Assembly (NCBI GenBank): GCA_018662365.1
Contig: JABJGH010000031.1
Span: 34,468 to 98,467, forward strand
Source: Chloroflexota bacterium
GTDB taxonomy: Bacteria > Chloroflexota > Anaerolineae > Anaerolineales > UBA11579
Length of the DNA: 64,000 nucleotides
Direction of reading: 5' to 3'
Below, piece after piece: positions 29,884 through 39,423 of this stretch. Under the pieces are notes generated by a model, which saw nothing but the letters and a program-made list of their open reading frames with translations, did no database searches and was not told the origin of the DNA. Each line of letters opens with the position of its first letter. The stretch's first letter is position 1. The translations under genes and the position numbers were made by a program.

Positions 29884-30818
29884 GAAACACAAATTTCACG
29901 GAGACCCAATTTGAAAGAGTATTGAAGTCGGGGAGATTCGCGATCACCGCAGAACTCAACCCGCCCGATAGTGCCGATCCGGAAGAGGTTTACCGGGCTG
30001 CACTGATCTTGGCTGGTGTTTGTGATGGAATTAATGCAGTGGATGCCTCCGGGGCAAATTGTCATATGTCGAGCTTATCCATTTGTGCGTTGTTGACAAA
30101 GGTAGGCTACGAACCTGTTTATCAAATATCTTGTCGTGATCGGAATCGAATCGCGATTCAAGGGGATATTTTAGGGGCAGCGGCTTTAGGGGTGCGAAAC
30201 TTGTTATGCATTACTGGCGATGATGTCAGTGCAGGTGACCACCCAGGGGCAAAAGCAGTATTCGATTTTGATTCCATTCAATTATTACGTACTGCCCGGA
30301 AGATGAGGGATGAAAGTATGTATCTGAGTGGGCGAAAGATTACAAAAAGCCCAGACCTGTTCTTGGGAGCTGCTGCCAATCCCTTCGCCCCTCCTTATGA
30401 TTGGCGTCCACAAAGACTGGCAAAAAAAGTGGCAGCGGGTGCTCAATTTATTCAAACCCAATATTGTTTCGATGTGGATAAATTTAAGGAGTATATGCGC
30501 CAAGTCAGAGATCTCGGATTGCATGACCTAGTCTATATTCTCGTAGGAGTGGGGCCATTGAGATCGCATCGTGCGGCAGAATTCATGCGCTCAAAAGTGC
30601 CGGGTGTTGTGATTCCTGACAAGATCGTGGAAAGATTAAAGAAAACTCCTAAAAAAGAGCAGCAAAAAGAGGGGAAGTTAATATGTATGGAAATTATTGA
30701 TGAGGTGAAGGATATCGAGGGGGTATCTGGGATACATATCATGGCCTACCGACAGGAAGAATTAGTATCCGAGATCGTGCTGGAATCGGGGTTTTTACCA
30801 AGACCCATAAAGAAATAA
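29880..30818 (+). CDS. metF: 5,10-methylenetetrahydrofolate reductase
   Basis: AELNPP, SCRDRNRIAIQ, LCITGD, GAQFIQTQY, GIHIM. Confidence 0.93.
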   Translation: MRNTNFTETQFERVLKSGRFAITAELNPPDSADPEEVYRAALILAGVCDGINAVDASGANCHMSSLSICALLTKVGYEPVYQISCRDRNRIAIQGDILGAAALGVRNLLCITGDDVSAGDHPGAKAVFDFDSIQLLRTARKMRDESMYLSGRKITKSPDLFLGAAANPFAPPYDWRPQRLAKKVAAGAQFIQTQYCFDVDKFKEYMRQVRDLGLHDLVYILVGVGPLRSHRAAEFMRSKVPGVVIPDKIVERLKKTPKKEQQKEGKLICMEIIDEVKDIEGVSGIHIMAYRQEELVSEIVLESGFLPRPIKK

Positions 30819-30865
30819 AAATTTTGAAGATATTTTTATATAATCATTTAGCCTAAAAATGAGTT

Positions 30866-30910
30866 AACAGGTGGCTGGAGAAAAAGATTATTTCTCCAGC
30901 CACCTGTTTT
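30866..30910. terminator. Intrinsic terminator between convergent genes
   Basis: AACAGGTGGCTGGAGAAA-7nt-TTTCTCCAGCCACCTGTT then TT. Confidence 0.88.
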
Positions 30911-30966
30911 ATTGCAGAATTACCCGGTCATAGATGCATCTGTGTGAGGCATGCCTTAACCCTTTT

Positions 30967-31149
30967 CTAAATAAAATTTAGGCTGGTTAAATACATGCCC
31001 CCATAAAAAGAAACTTCGTTGACGAATCCTTCTTTGGCTTCTGCTTTAGTATGTTCTGACCACCAACTTGCGATCCCTTCTTGTTCGGTGATTGCTTTAA
31101 AAACTGCTTCTGGTGAGGCTTTTATTTCTACTTGATGTAATGAGTCCAT
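30967..31149 (-). pseudogene. Truncated SRPBCC-domain gene
   Basis: Good RBS (AGGAG) and SRPBCC N-terminus HQVEIKASPEAVFKAITEQEGIASWW, but it stops after 60 aa and no continuation was found. Confidence 0.65.
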
Positions 31150-31292
31150 GATCTTTCTCCTATAATTTGCTTGTGAATATTGGATATAATTTAGACTTTA
31201 TGTCTAGTTTCAAACTAGTTAATAATTTGATATGAATTCACATCTATCTCATTGGGGATAGCAGTAATTTTTCTCCTATGGGGTTAGATGTT

Positions 31293-32045
31293 TTATGAAA
31301 CAGCATTTTCAAAATGGCCGAGAATTGATTCCCAGCCTAGTAGATGGCTATCCCTTGAACCTTCGTCCAAGAATTTTTTATGAAATAGGTCGATGTTTGT
31401 GCCGTTATCAACTTTGGTGAAATTTAACGTAACTGTAGAGCCGTCCACAGAGAAGGGGGATTCCCAGGTGAACACTATTTCTGTAAAAGGAGCTAGTTTT
31501 TTATATTCCCCGTCATGAGGTAATTCTTGATCGCCTGCTACCATAATGATCGAAAATCGGCCGCCTTCGCGCGGATCGGTCTCTGCCTTGGAAACGACCA
31601 TGCCCTCTCCAGCGATCATAAATTTTGCAAGAAGGGTGGGGTTAAGCCAAGTATTATATTTAGTTTCGATGGGTGCTTTGCTAGTATGTGAGCTGTTTAG
31701 GGACAGTTCAGACATTTTATAATCCTCCAGTAAAAGTTTTTCTAGTTTATCTAGTTGAATTTCCCAAATCGAGCGTAAATTTGAGAACCATTTATCAATT
31801 TCTTTGATCGGCTCCAGATTGGCTTCAATAAAGTGTTCCCTGCCAATCTTTTTTCGGGATATTAACCCGACGACCTCCAACAATTTGGTATGTTTGGAAA
31901 CGGTGTTTAAGTTCATGTCGTAATATTTTGCCAGATCGGTTACCTGGGTAGGTCCTTCTTGCACCAAAGTGGTCAGGATCTTTCTTCGGGTGATATTGCT
32001 TGTCACCTTTAATATCTTTGAAAGATGGCTTTCTATTTCATTCAT
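31293..32045 (-). CDS. ArsR HTH fused in frame to an SRPBCC domain
   Basis: N-terminal ArsR (TRRKIL, VSKHTKLLE.VGLI); C-terminal SRPBCC (GGRFSIIM, IVFTWES). Internal GGAGGA + ATG at 31715. Confidence 0.75.
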   Translation of the reverse strand: MNEIESHLSKILKVTSNITRRKILTTLVQEGPTQVTDLAKYYDMNLNTVSKHTKLLEVVGLISRKKIGREHFIEANLEPIKEIDKWFSNLRSIWEIQLDKLEKLLLEDYKMSELSLNSSHTSKAPIETKYNTWLNPTLLAKFMIAGEGMVVSKAETDPREGGRFSIIMVAGDQELPHDGEYKKLAPFTEIVFTWESPFSVDGSTVTLNFTKVDNGTNIDLFHKKFLDEGSRDSHLLGWESILGHFENAVS

Positions 32046-32049
32046 ACGC

Positions 32050-32065
32050 TCAACCTTGGGGTTGA
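32050..32065. promoter_or_regulatory. Candidate ArsR operator
   Basis: TCAACC-TTGG-GGTTGA palindrome 5 bp upstream of the 32045 start. Confidence 0.55.
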
Positions 32066-32096
32066 AAATAATTACTGAGGAGTAGATTTTGATGGC

Positions 32097-32125
32097 TTGA
32101 CAACTGGATCGGAATCGTGTATATT
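32097..32125 (+). promoter_or_regulatory. Sigma70-type promoter
   Basis: TTGACA-17 bp-TATATT with TG extension, 35 bp before the ArsR start. Confidence 0.65.
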
Positions 32126-32134
32126 ATCAGTTAG

Positions 32135-32158
32135 TTATATAACCATATGGTAAAATAA
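32135..32158. promoter_or_regulatory. Candidate ArsR operator
   Basis: TTATATAACCAT/ATGGTAAAATAA, a 12+12 inverted repeat with 2 mismatches, directly before the start codon. Confidence 0.6.
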
Positions 32159-32160
32159 AA

Positions 32161-32514
32161 ATGACTGAGAACACTACGGATACTTTAAGCAGAACCTTTC
32201 ATGCTCTGGCAGACCCTACTCGTCGTCAGATCTTAGCTCAATTGGCAGATGGCGCTCTCTCAGTTACTCAACTTTCTGAGCCATTTGAAATGACCCAGCC
32301 GGCAGTTTCGAAACATCTAAAGGTGCTTGAGAAGGCAGGGTTGATCATCCGCAGCCGGGAAGCCCAATGGCGGCCAGCAAAGTTACAAGCCGCTCCGTTG
32401 CGGGAGGCTGCAGATTGGGTTGAACAATATCGCAAAAATTGGGAAGAAAGTTTTGATCGCTTAGATGCTTATCTGAAAACAATTCAGAAAGAGGAACAAG
32501 GATCAAATGAGTGA
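32161..32514 (+). CDS. ArsR/SmtB-family regulator
   Basis: FHALADPTRRQIL, MTQPAVSKHLKVLEKAGLI, REAQWR. Confidence 0.92.
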   Translation: MTENTTDTLSRTFHALADPTRRQILAQLADGALSVTQLSEPFEMTQPAVSKHLKVLEKAGLIIRSREAQWRPAKLQAAPLREAADWVEQYRKNWEESFDRLDAYLKTIQKEEQGSNE

Positions 32515-32592
32515 TTTACATTGTGATTACCAATCACAATGTTCAACATGAAATAATTTTATTGACCAGAATTCATAGTAAAGGATATAGAA

Positions 32593-33051
32593 ATGGACCC
32601 ATTAGAAGAAAAACTTATTGAAGCAACTCGTGTTTTTGACGCCCCCAAAGATTTATTGTGGAAGGCATGGACCGAGGTTGAACACTTTATGCAATGGTAT
32701 GGCCCTCAAGGATTTACCATCCCCGTTTGTAATATTGATCTGAAAGTTGGTGGACGTCATTTATGGAGTATGCAATCTCCGGATGGAAAACAAATGTATT
32801 TCACTGGTGTATATAAAGAAATCTCGCCCATGGATCGTCTCGTATTTACAGACACATCTTCCGACGCGGAAGGTAACGAGTTGGGAATGGGGGAGGGGAT
32901 GCCTAAATTTATGGACGTAACCGTCACCCTGGCTCATTCAGATGGCAAAACTACCATGACTGTCAGCCATTTAGGCTGGGGTCCAGGCGCCGAATACGCA
33001 AAAATGGGCTGGGAGCAAGCTTTTGAGAAGCTTTCGACAGTATTGGGTTAG
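32593..33051 (+). CDS. SRPBCC/AHSA1-domain protein
   Basis: TRVFDAPKDLLWKAWT, WYGP, DLKVGG, RLVFT, GWEQAFEKL. Confidence 0.9.
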   Translation: MDPLEEKLIEATRVFDAPKDLLWKAWTEVEHFMQWYGPQGFTIPVCNIDLKVGGRHLWSMQSPDGKQMYFTGVYKEISPMDRLVFTDTSSDAEGNELGMGEGMPKFMDVTVTLAHSDGKTTMTVSHLGWGPGAEYAKMGWEQAFEKLSTVLG

Positions 33052-33076
33052 CATAAAAATAATTCCAATAAATAGT

Positions 33077-33112
33077 AAAGAACAGTTACCTAAAAGTAAC
33101 GGTTCTTTTTTT
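33077..33112 (+). terminator. Intrinsic terminator
   Basis: AAAGAACAGTTAC-CTAAAA-GTAACGGTTCTTT plus T tract. Confidence 0.7.
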
Positions 33113-33223
33113 AAGCAGATATCCCTTCTCTCTAGCGAATTTTCTAGAACTATAGAATGAGCTACATTTTTATTGGACTATAAATGTCTTAATAATTATT
33201 TGCAGATCTCCAAAGGAATTTTT

Positions 33224-34210
33224 ATGAAATCAATAGCATGGACAAAATATGGACCTCCAGAAGTCCTCAAACTTAAAGAGATCGAGAAGCCGATTCCAAA
33301 AGATGATGAGGGATTAATAAAAGTAATTGCGACGACGGTTACAGCTGGGGATTGTGAAATGCGAAGATTGGATTTTCCCCTTTACTTATCTTTTCCGATG
33401 CGAATATATATTGGATTTTTCAAGCCCAAAAGAATAAGGGTTATTGGCCAGGAGTTAGCTGGGGAAATTGTTGAAGTAGGAAAAGATGTAAAATCGCTCA
33501 AAGTAGGGGATCAAGTTTTTGGGACGACTGGCTTTAAATTTGGCGCATATGCAGAGTATATCTGTTTGCCTGAAAAATCTAAGGATATGTCAGGACCGCT
33601 CACTCACAAACCTACAAATATGTCCTTTGAGGAAGCCGCAGCTGTCCCAACTGGGGGATTGGAAGTATTGCATTTTCTAAGAAAAGGAAATATTAAAAGG
33701 GGAGAGAAAATATTGATCAATGGGGCAGGGGGAAGCATAGGAAGTTTTGGGGTCCAGTTGGCAAAATACTTTGGTGCGGAAGTTACAGCTGTGGATAGTG
33801 CGGAAAAATTAGAAATGTTGGGCTCTATTGGAGCAGACCATGTGATCGATTATGCTCAAGAGGATTTTACCGAAAAAGAAAACACCTATGATGTAATATT
33901 TGACGTAATTGGTAAAAGCTCATTTTCGGGTAGTTTGAGATCATTAGGGGAAAATGGACGGTATCTAATCGCCAACCCTAATTTAATAAAAATAATCAGA
34001 GCGCTATTAAATGGTGGGAAGGGGAATAAAAAAATTGTGACAGAGACGACCATACAAAAAACGGAAGATCTCCAATTCCTCAAAGAGCTAATTGAAGTAG
34101 GAAAATTAAAAACCATTATTGATCGGAAATACCCAATGGAAGAAATCGTTGAAGCGCATCGATATGTTGAAACCGGTGAAAAAATTGGGAATGTGATCAT
34201 TACGCCATAA
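33224..34210 (+). CDS. MDR-family NAD(P)-dependent oxidoreductase (Zn-independent, quinone-reductase-like)
   Basis: YGPPEVL, GQELAGEI, GAYAEY, LINGAGGSIG, YDVIFD. The ATG at 33224 is preferred over 33173. Confidence 0.88.
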   Translation: MKSIAWTKYGPPEVLKLKEIEKPIPKDDEGLIKVIATTVTAGDCEMRRLDFPLYLSFPMRIYIGFFKPKRIRVIGQELAGEIVEVGKDVKSLKVGDQVFGTTGFKFGAYAEYICLPEKSKDMSGPLTHKPTNMSFEEAAAVPTGGLEVLHFLRKGNIKRGEKILINGAGGSIGSFGVQLAKYFGAEVTAVDSAEKLEMLGSIGADHVIDYAQEDFTEKENTYDVIFDVIGKSSFSGSLRSLGENGRYLIANPNLIKIIRALLNGGKGNKKIVTETTIQKTEDLQFLKELIEVGKLKTIIDRKYPMEEIVEAHRYVETGEKIGNVIITP

Positions 34211-34341
34211 AAAGTGGGGATGAAAAGTGATTTGATTCGTTATTTCGACAATAATTGAAGAAATTGCCCTTAATAAAATGACTGGTCAATTGACCAGCTA
34301 TTTTTGTATTACAACAATATTAACTTATTTGACCCAGTTGC

Positions 34342-34815
34342 CTATTTTTCAGTTTTCTCGATATATTTTCCAAATACGATATCCCAGCCACTGTTATACC
34401 CCTCACGATATTTTTGAGCATCTTCGCCCCGTGATTCCCAGCCACTATGGGTCAATTCGACCAATGTGCCACCATCAGCAGTTGAAAATTGAATTTCTAG
34501 ATAGGTGGCAAGCTCACTAGAATTCCCTGGATGCCAGGTCGTCGCAAAAAGATAGGGGGGATTAAAGGTTTGAACTGTTCCCCATAAAGATTCAGTGCCG
34601 TCTTTCAGTGTCTCAATAAACCTTCCCCCAACCCATCCTTCGATGCTACAGGTTTCAGTTTCGGATTTTTCCCCCACAGAATGATTGCCATCCAGCGGCC
34701 ACCAGGTGTTGACACCCTCAGTAAAAAGTTTGAAGGCTTCCTCCACTGGTAAACTGACCTGGGCGGATTTTACTACCGGGGCAATTGTCGATTTTGAGTC
34801 TTTATCTTTGATCAT
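34342..34815 (-). CDS. SRPBCC-domain protein
   Basis: AFKLFTEGVNTWWP, GGRFIE, WHPG, TLVELTHSGWE, GWDIV. Confidence 0.85.
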   Translation of the reverse strand: MIKDKDSKSTIAPVVKSAQVSLPVEEAFKLFTEGVNTWWPLDGNHSVGEKSETETCSIEGWVGGRFIETLKDGTESLWGTVQTFNPPYLFATTWHPGNSSELATYLEIQFSTADGGTLVELTHSGWESRGEDAQKYREGYNSGWDIVFGKYIEKTEK

Positions 34816-35129
34816 TGTGAATCTCCTTTTGATTGGTCATCGGCGGCTTGTTTGAAAGCTTGTAAAACACCTCCCCACATACTGTCAAAATAAGCGTGCA
34901 GCTCAATAAGTCCATTAGGAGCAAGGCTGTGAATCCGTTTCGTGCCATCCCTTTCAACTTCAACTAATCCGGCGTCTCTCAGTACACGCAAATGCTGCGA
35001 AACTGCAGGTTGACTAATGGGGATCACCTTTGTGATTTCGCCAACAGTGCTGGGTCCCTGAGCAATCTTTTCAATGATCGCCCGGCGGGTGGGGTCAGAA
35101 AGGGCTTCTAAAACATAAGCATAAGTCAT
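34812..35129 (-). CDS. ArsR/SmtB-family regulator
   Basis: LEALSDPTRRAII, SQPAVSQHLRVLRDAGLV. The ATG at 35129 is preferred; the stop overlaps the SRPBCC start. Confidence 0.9.
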   Translation of the reverse strand: MTYAYVLEALSDPTRRAIIEKIAQGPSTVGEITKVIPISQPAVSQHLRVLRDAGLVEVERDGTKRIHSLAPNGLIELHAYFDSMWGGVLQAFKQAADDQSKGDSQ

Positions 35130-35134
35130 AACTA

Positions 35135-35154
35135 ATATAAGTAAATACTTATAT
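35135..35154. promoter_or_regulatory. Candidate ArsR operator
   Basis: Perfect ATATAAGTA-AA-TACTTATAT palindrome just upstream of the 35129 start. Confidence 0.65.
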
Positions 35155-35345
35155 AAAGAATTTGTCAAGAGTCTTATAAATAGTAAGGTTTGAAATACAA
35201 AGAGTACTCAATCCTTGAGCATGTTTTTTTGATAAATAGAAAAATACTTCATCAAAGAAAAAACATCAAAAATATTTAATCGATTAAAATTATATTCAGA
35301 CCGTAATGCCGAATCTGTTTTTAATAATTACTTTTGGGAGAATAA

Positions 35346-38264
35346 TTGATTACTCAACATCCACAAGCGATTAATGCAACAAAAGAATTAATTCATGATC
35401 TTGAGGCTGCCCTCTCAGATGTTTCATTTGATCAAATGACGCGTTTGCTCTACAGCACCGATGCGAGTATATACCAGATGTTGCCGGTGGGGGTTGTCAA
35501 ACCACGTGACACAGACGAAATTGTCGCCGCGGTTGAAATTGCCAAAGCTCATCAAGTGCCAATATTGCCTAGGGGTGGGGGAAGTAGTTTAGCCGGACAA
35601 GCTGTTGGACATGCCTTGATCTTGGATCTATCTCGCTATATGAATAATGTGATCGAGATCAACGCTGAGGAAAAAACTGTCATTGCTCAACCTGGCCTCA
35701 CCCTAGGAAAACTCAATTTACACTTGCAGGAATATAATTTGCTCTTCGGCCCTGACCCAGCCAGCGCTGACCGTGCGACCTTAGGGGGTATCGTTGGAAA
35801 TAACTCTACGGGTGCCCACTCAATTATTTATGGCATGACGCATGACCATACCCTTTCGGTGGATACCGTATTGGCAGATGGTAGCAGGGCTAAATTTTCT
35901 TCCATTGAAAATGAATGGGATGTTCGAGGGAAACTGTCAGGTTTAGAAGGTCAAATTTATCGAAACTTACCAGAAATTTTATCTAGTTATAAGGATGAAA
36001 TTTCTACTCGTTATCCAAATACATTTCGTCATGTTTCTGGTTATAACCTTCACCTCTTATCAGGGATGGAACAGCCAAACCTAGCCTCCTTAATCGTTGG
36101 CTCAGAAGGGAGTTTATCCGTCGTCTCTGAGATGACCTTAAATCTGGTGCCCATTCCCAAAGTTAAGCGACTGGCAATGGTTCATTTTTCTGATCTCCGG
36201 GAAGCCATGGATGCAGTACCCGTGATATTAGAGAGTAACCCAACCGCAGTAGAAGTGATCGATAAGATGTTAGTTGATCTCATGCAAGATCGAATCGAGC
36301 ACCGAAAACTGCTCACTTTTGTGGAAGGTCATCCTGAAATTATTTTACTAGTGGAGTATGCTGGTTCGTCTGATTCAGAGTTAGATGCGGGCATTCAAAA
36401 TCTTAAAAGAAAACTAAACCAGATCAGACATAAAGATACCGTAGTGATTATTTCAGGGAAAAAAGAACAAGCAAATGTTTGGTATGTGCGCAAGCTTGGC
36501 TTAGGCATTTTAATGAGTATTCGTGGGGATGCGAAGCCAATTCCATTTATTGAAGATGCTGCCGTTCCCGTAGAGCACCTTGCCGACTACGTCACCCAAA
36601 TTTACGATTTTGCCTATTCCACTGGCATTGAGCGAGTGGCAATGTATGGGCATGCCAGTGCAGGCTGTCTTCATATTCGTCCAATGGTCAATCTTAAGAA
36701 AGGGGCGGGTGTGCGCCAGTTGCGCCAAGTAGCCGAAAAATCCTTAGAGCTAATCATCAAATATGGCGGGACGATGAGTGGAGAACATGGCGATGGGATT
36801 GTCCGGGGGGAATTTCTTGAAAAACAATTTGGAAAGAAAATGGTCGAGGCGTTTAAGGAAGTTAAGGCTACATTTGATCCCACTAATATGATGAATCCAG
36901 GCAAGGTGGTCAATGTTCCCTTGATGGATGACCAGAGTTTATTGCGATTTGGCACCAATTATTCTGTGCCTTTAGAACCGGTTCAATCAAAATTCAATTT
37001 TGACAATGATGGTGGTTTTCTAAGGGCCGTTGAGATGTGTAACGGGGCGGGGGTTTGCCGAAAATTGGATCATGGGGTGATGTGTCCTTCATTCAAAGTT
37101 ACCCAGAATGAAATGCATAGTACCAGAGGGAGGGCAAACGCTTTACGATCAGCAATGATGGGCATGTTAGGGGATGATGCGATGAGTTCTCACGAACTTT
37201 ATGATGTTTTTGATCTCTGTATATCTTGTCATGCCTGTCATAGTGAATGCCCCTCCGCAGTTGACATGGCAAAAATAAAGTCAGAGTTTTTATATCAATA
37301 TTATCAATCCAATTCAACCCCTTTGCGTTCTCGGGTTTTTGCAAATATTGGAAAGATTAACAAGCTTTTTCAACCCTTTGCGTCGCTAATCAATTGGTTG
37401 CTTAACGGACCAGGGAAATTGGGTCTTTCACTTTTAGGGATTCATCCAAAACGCTCCCTACCCAAGTTGGTAAGACAAACCTTTAGTGCATGGCATAGTG
37501 GGCAAAATGATAGAGAGAAAATCAGCCATAAGCAAGAGAAGCAAGTTGTTTTCTTCCACGATACTTTTATGGAATTCAACGATCCCCAAATTGGCCGGGC
37601 CGCAATTAAGGTGCTCAAAGCAGCGGGATATCAACCGATAGTGCTCAATAACAAGGTGGATTCGGGGCGGCCAGCTGTTTCTAAAGGATTGCTAGATGAA
37701 GCAGAGCGACTAGCCCGCCATAATATGGCGTTATTAGCTCCCTATGCAAAACAAGGGATCCCGATCGTCGGTTGTGAACCCAGCGCAATGGCGATGCTAA
37801 TTAAGGAATATCCTGAACTCATTCCCGGTGAGGATACAAAAATCATCGCCGAAAATACGCTGATGATCGATCAATTTTTAGTGCAAGAAGTAGAGAATAA
37901 GGATATATCTTTTGAATTTGATGGTGAACCCCGAAATATCTTGTTTCATGGACATTGTCAACAAAAAGCCTTCTTCGGAACCGAATCTGTGCATAAGATG
38001 CTTGAACTAATTCCCAATACTAAAGTTGAAGAAGTTGAGACCAGTTGTTGTGGCATGGCGGGGTCTTTTGGGTATGAAAAAGAGCATTATAAATTGTCGA
38101 TCCAAATGGCTGAATTATCCCTCGCCCCGGCGGTAAGATCAGCAGGTGAGAAAACGATTATCTCAGCAATGGGCACCTCTTGTAGAGATCAAATAAAGCA
38201 TACTGCAGAAAGTTCATCCCTTCACCCAATCGAAATATTTGCGGACGCACTATTAATCGATTGA
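35346..38264 (+). CDS. FAD-binding / Fe-S / CCG-domain oxidoreductase (GlcD-GlcF or YdiJ-like fusion; hydroxy-acid dehydrogenase family)
   Basis: PRGGGSSLAGQ, ATLGGIVGNN, GHASAGCLHIRP, SGEHGDG, CNGAGVCRK...CPS, CISCHACHSECP, HGHCQQ, CCGMAGSFG. Confidence 0.9.
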   Translation: MITQHPQAINATKELIHDLEAALSDVSFDQMTRLLYSTDASIYQMLPVGVVKPRDTDEIVAAVEIAKAHQVPILPRGGGSSLAGQAVGHALILDLSRYMNNVIEINAEEKTVIAQPGLTLGKLNLHLQEYNLLFGPDPASADRATLGGIVGNNSTGAHSIIYGMTHDHTLSVDTVLADGSRAKFSSIENEWDVRGKLSGLEGQIYRNLPEILSSYKDEISTRYPNTFRHVSGYNLHLLSGMEQPNLASLIVGSEGSLSVVSEMTLNLVPIPKVKRLAMVHFSDLREAMDAVPVILESNPTAVEVIDKMLVDLMQDRIEHRKLLTFVEGHPEIILLVEYAGSSDSELDAGIQNLKRKLNQIRHKDTVVIISGKKEQANVWYVRKLGLGILMSIRGDAKPIPFIEDAAVPVEHLADYVTQIYDFAYSTGIERVAMYGHASAGCLHIRPMVNLKKGAGVRQLRQVAEKSLELIIKYGGTMSGEHGDGIVRGEFLEKQFGKKMVEAFKEVKATFDPTNMMNPGKVVNVPLMDDQSLLRFGTNYSVPLEPVQSKFNFDNDGGFLRAVEMCNGAGVCRKLDHGVMCPSFKVTQNEMHSTRGRANALRSAMMGMLGDDAMSSHELYDVFDLCISCHACHSECPSAVDMAKIKSEFLYQYYQSNSTPLRSRVFANIGKINKLFQPFASLINWLLNGPGKLGLSLLGIHPKRSLPKLVRQTFSAWHSGQNDREKISHKQEKQVVFFHDTFMEFNDPQIGRAAIKVLKAAGYQPIVLNNKVDSGRPAVSKGLLDEAERLARHNMALLAPYAKQGIPIVGCEPSAMAMLIKEYPELIPGEDTKIIAENTLMIDQFLVQEVENKDISFEFDGEPRNILFHGHCQQKAFFGTESVHKMLELIPNTKVEEVETSCCGMAGSFGYEKEHYKLSIQMAELSLAPAVRSAGEKTIISAMGTSCRDQIKHTAESSSLHPIEIFADALLID

Positions 38265-38460
38265 AATAAAATTTTCTGGTATTTGTCTCAAGTTGAAAAA
38301 AGTCGTTGAAAAAACCAATTTTTTAGCTATATAACCAATTCACTGTATAATAAATTTAAGAAGTTTTTATCAGTGAATATCTTGAATAATACCCTATAGG
38401 GCAGCTCTTTACTGAATTTAAAATCTAAAATTATAGGTTATGTATCTTTAAGGAGTAGGT

Positions 38461-38675
38461 ATGAACAATTCTCAAATGACTGACTGCATTGTGTGCCGAA
38501 AGCATCGTGGCATTGAGGTTGCTCCCGGGGGTGCCATTTATCAAGATGGCCTAATTTACATCTCATATGCAAGTCTGTGGGGCGACGAAACTGACCATTA
38601 TTGGGGCACATATTTGTCGAACCAAAGAGGCACGTAACTGGCCTTGGGGGTCTCACCCAAGAGTATTGGCTTTAG
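38461..38675 (+). pseudogene. Frameshifted, truncated HIT-family gene
   Basis: RBS AAGGAG; CIVCRKH...PGGAIYQD, then in a shifted frame near 38601 LGHIFVEPKRHVTGLGGLT and an early stop. Confidence 0.55.
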
Positions 38676-39095
38676 ACGCCTATGACTCCCACCGAGTTAC
38701 GGCGCTTGGTTTAGACAGCTCAATGGCGATCGACCCGATCTTTGCCGACAGTTTTGAAAGTGAAGACATGACCGCTTGGGACGCCTCCGTAACCGATAGC
38801 GGCGACCTGGATACAACCCTGGAATCATAACTACGGTCTTTATCCTCATTCCATTTATTGTGGTGGTGTTGTCGGTTAGTTTTACACAAGGTATTCTTGG
38901 GCCGGTGGGCTGGATAATTTCTTGTGTGGTAGGTTTTGGTGGTATAGTGGCACTGATTTGGTTCTCAAACTCTTATAACCGCCCGAGCTAAAATTTTTTG
39001 CGGTTGGAAATTGTATGTTCACCAAATATCATTTTCGAACTGCTAGTTACTAACCTCTAGAGAATTATTCTTCGCAAAACCCTCATAAATTCAAT

Positions 39096-39115
39096 AACCG
39101 CCGAAAGGCGGTTTT
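39096..39115. terminator. Terminator-like hairpin next to the tRNA-Arg fragment
   Basis: AACCGCC-GAAA-GGCGGTT flanked by A/T tracts, immediately 3' of the tRNA fragment on the minus strand. Confidence 0.7.
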
Positions 39116-39121
39116 TGAATT

Positions 39122-39164
39122 GTGCGCCCGGAGGGACTCGAACCCCCAGCCAACTGATTCGAAG
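39122..39164 (-). repeat. tRNA-Arg(TCG) 3' half (att-like direct repeat)
   Basis: Matches the 3' part of the tRNA at 56576-56648 (anticodon loop through acceptor) with 4 mismatches; no D-arm or 5' acceptor strand. Confidence 0.8.
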
Positions 39165-39240
39165 TTATGCACTTCTTTGTCTACCCTGTCTACGGGGGCC
39201 TAATATATCTACAGTGTAACAAATATGGGAGTAAATAAGG

Positions 39241-39263
39241 CTATTGTGTCCATAATTTCTACC
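39241..39263 (+). repeat. 23-bp motif, copy A (att-arm-like)
   Basis: CTATTGTGTCCATAATTTCTACC; 21/23 identical to copy B and 20/23 to copy C. Confidence 0.6.
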
Positions 39264-39423
39264 TAGCTAGCACAATGTTTACGCCCTTAGGACAAGAGGG
39301 GAAGCCTGCGAACATCCATTAAAAATATATATAACCTTTTACCATAGTTAAAAAGGTCAACTGAGGTATTAATTTTGAAATTTCATCTAAAGTTGTATCA
39401 GTTTCACCGGAAGCCCCCTAAAA

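Noticed and set aside
32507-32551. 14-codon ORF MSDLHCDYQSQCST overlapping the ArsR stop
   Set aside because: Too short to assess; it may be the scar of a deleted partner gene, but no homology is visible.
39122-39164. Intact second tRNA-Arg
   Set aside because: Lacks the D arm and 5' acceptor strand; treated as an att-like fragment.
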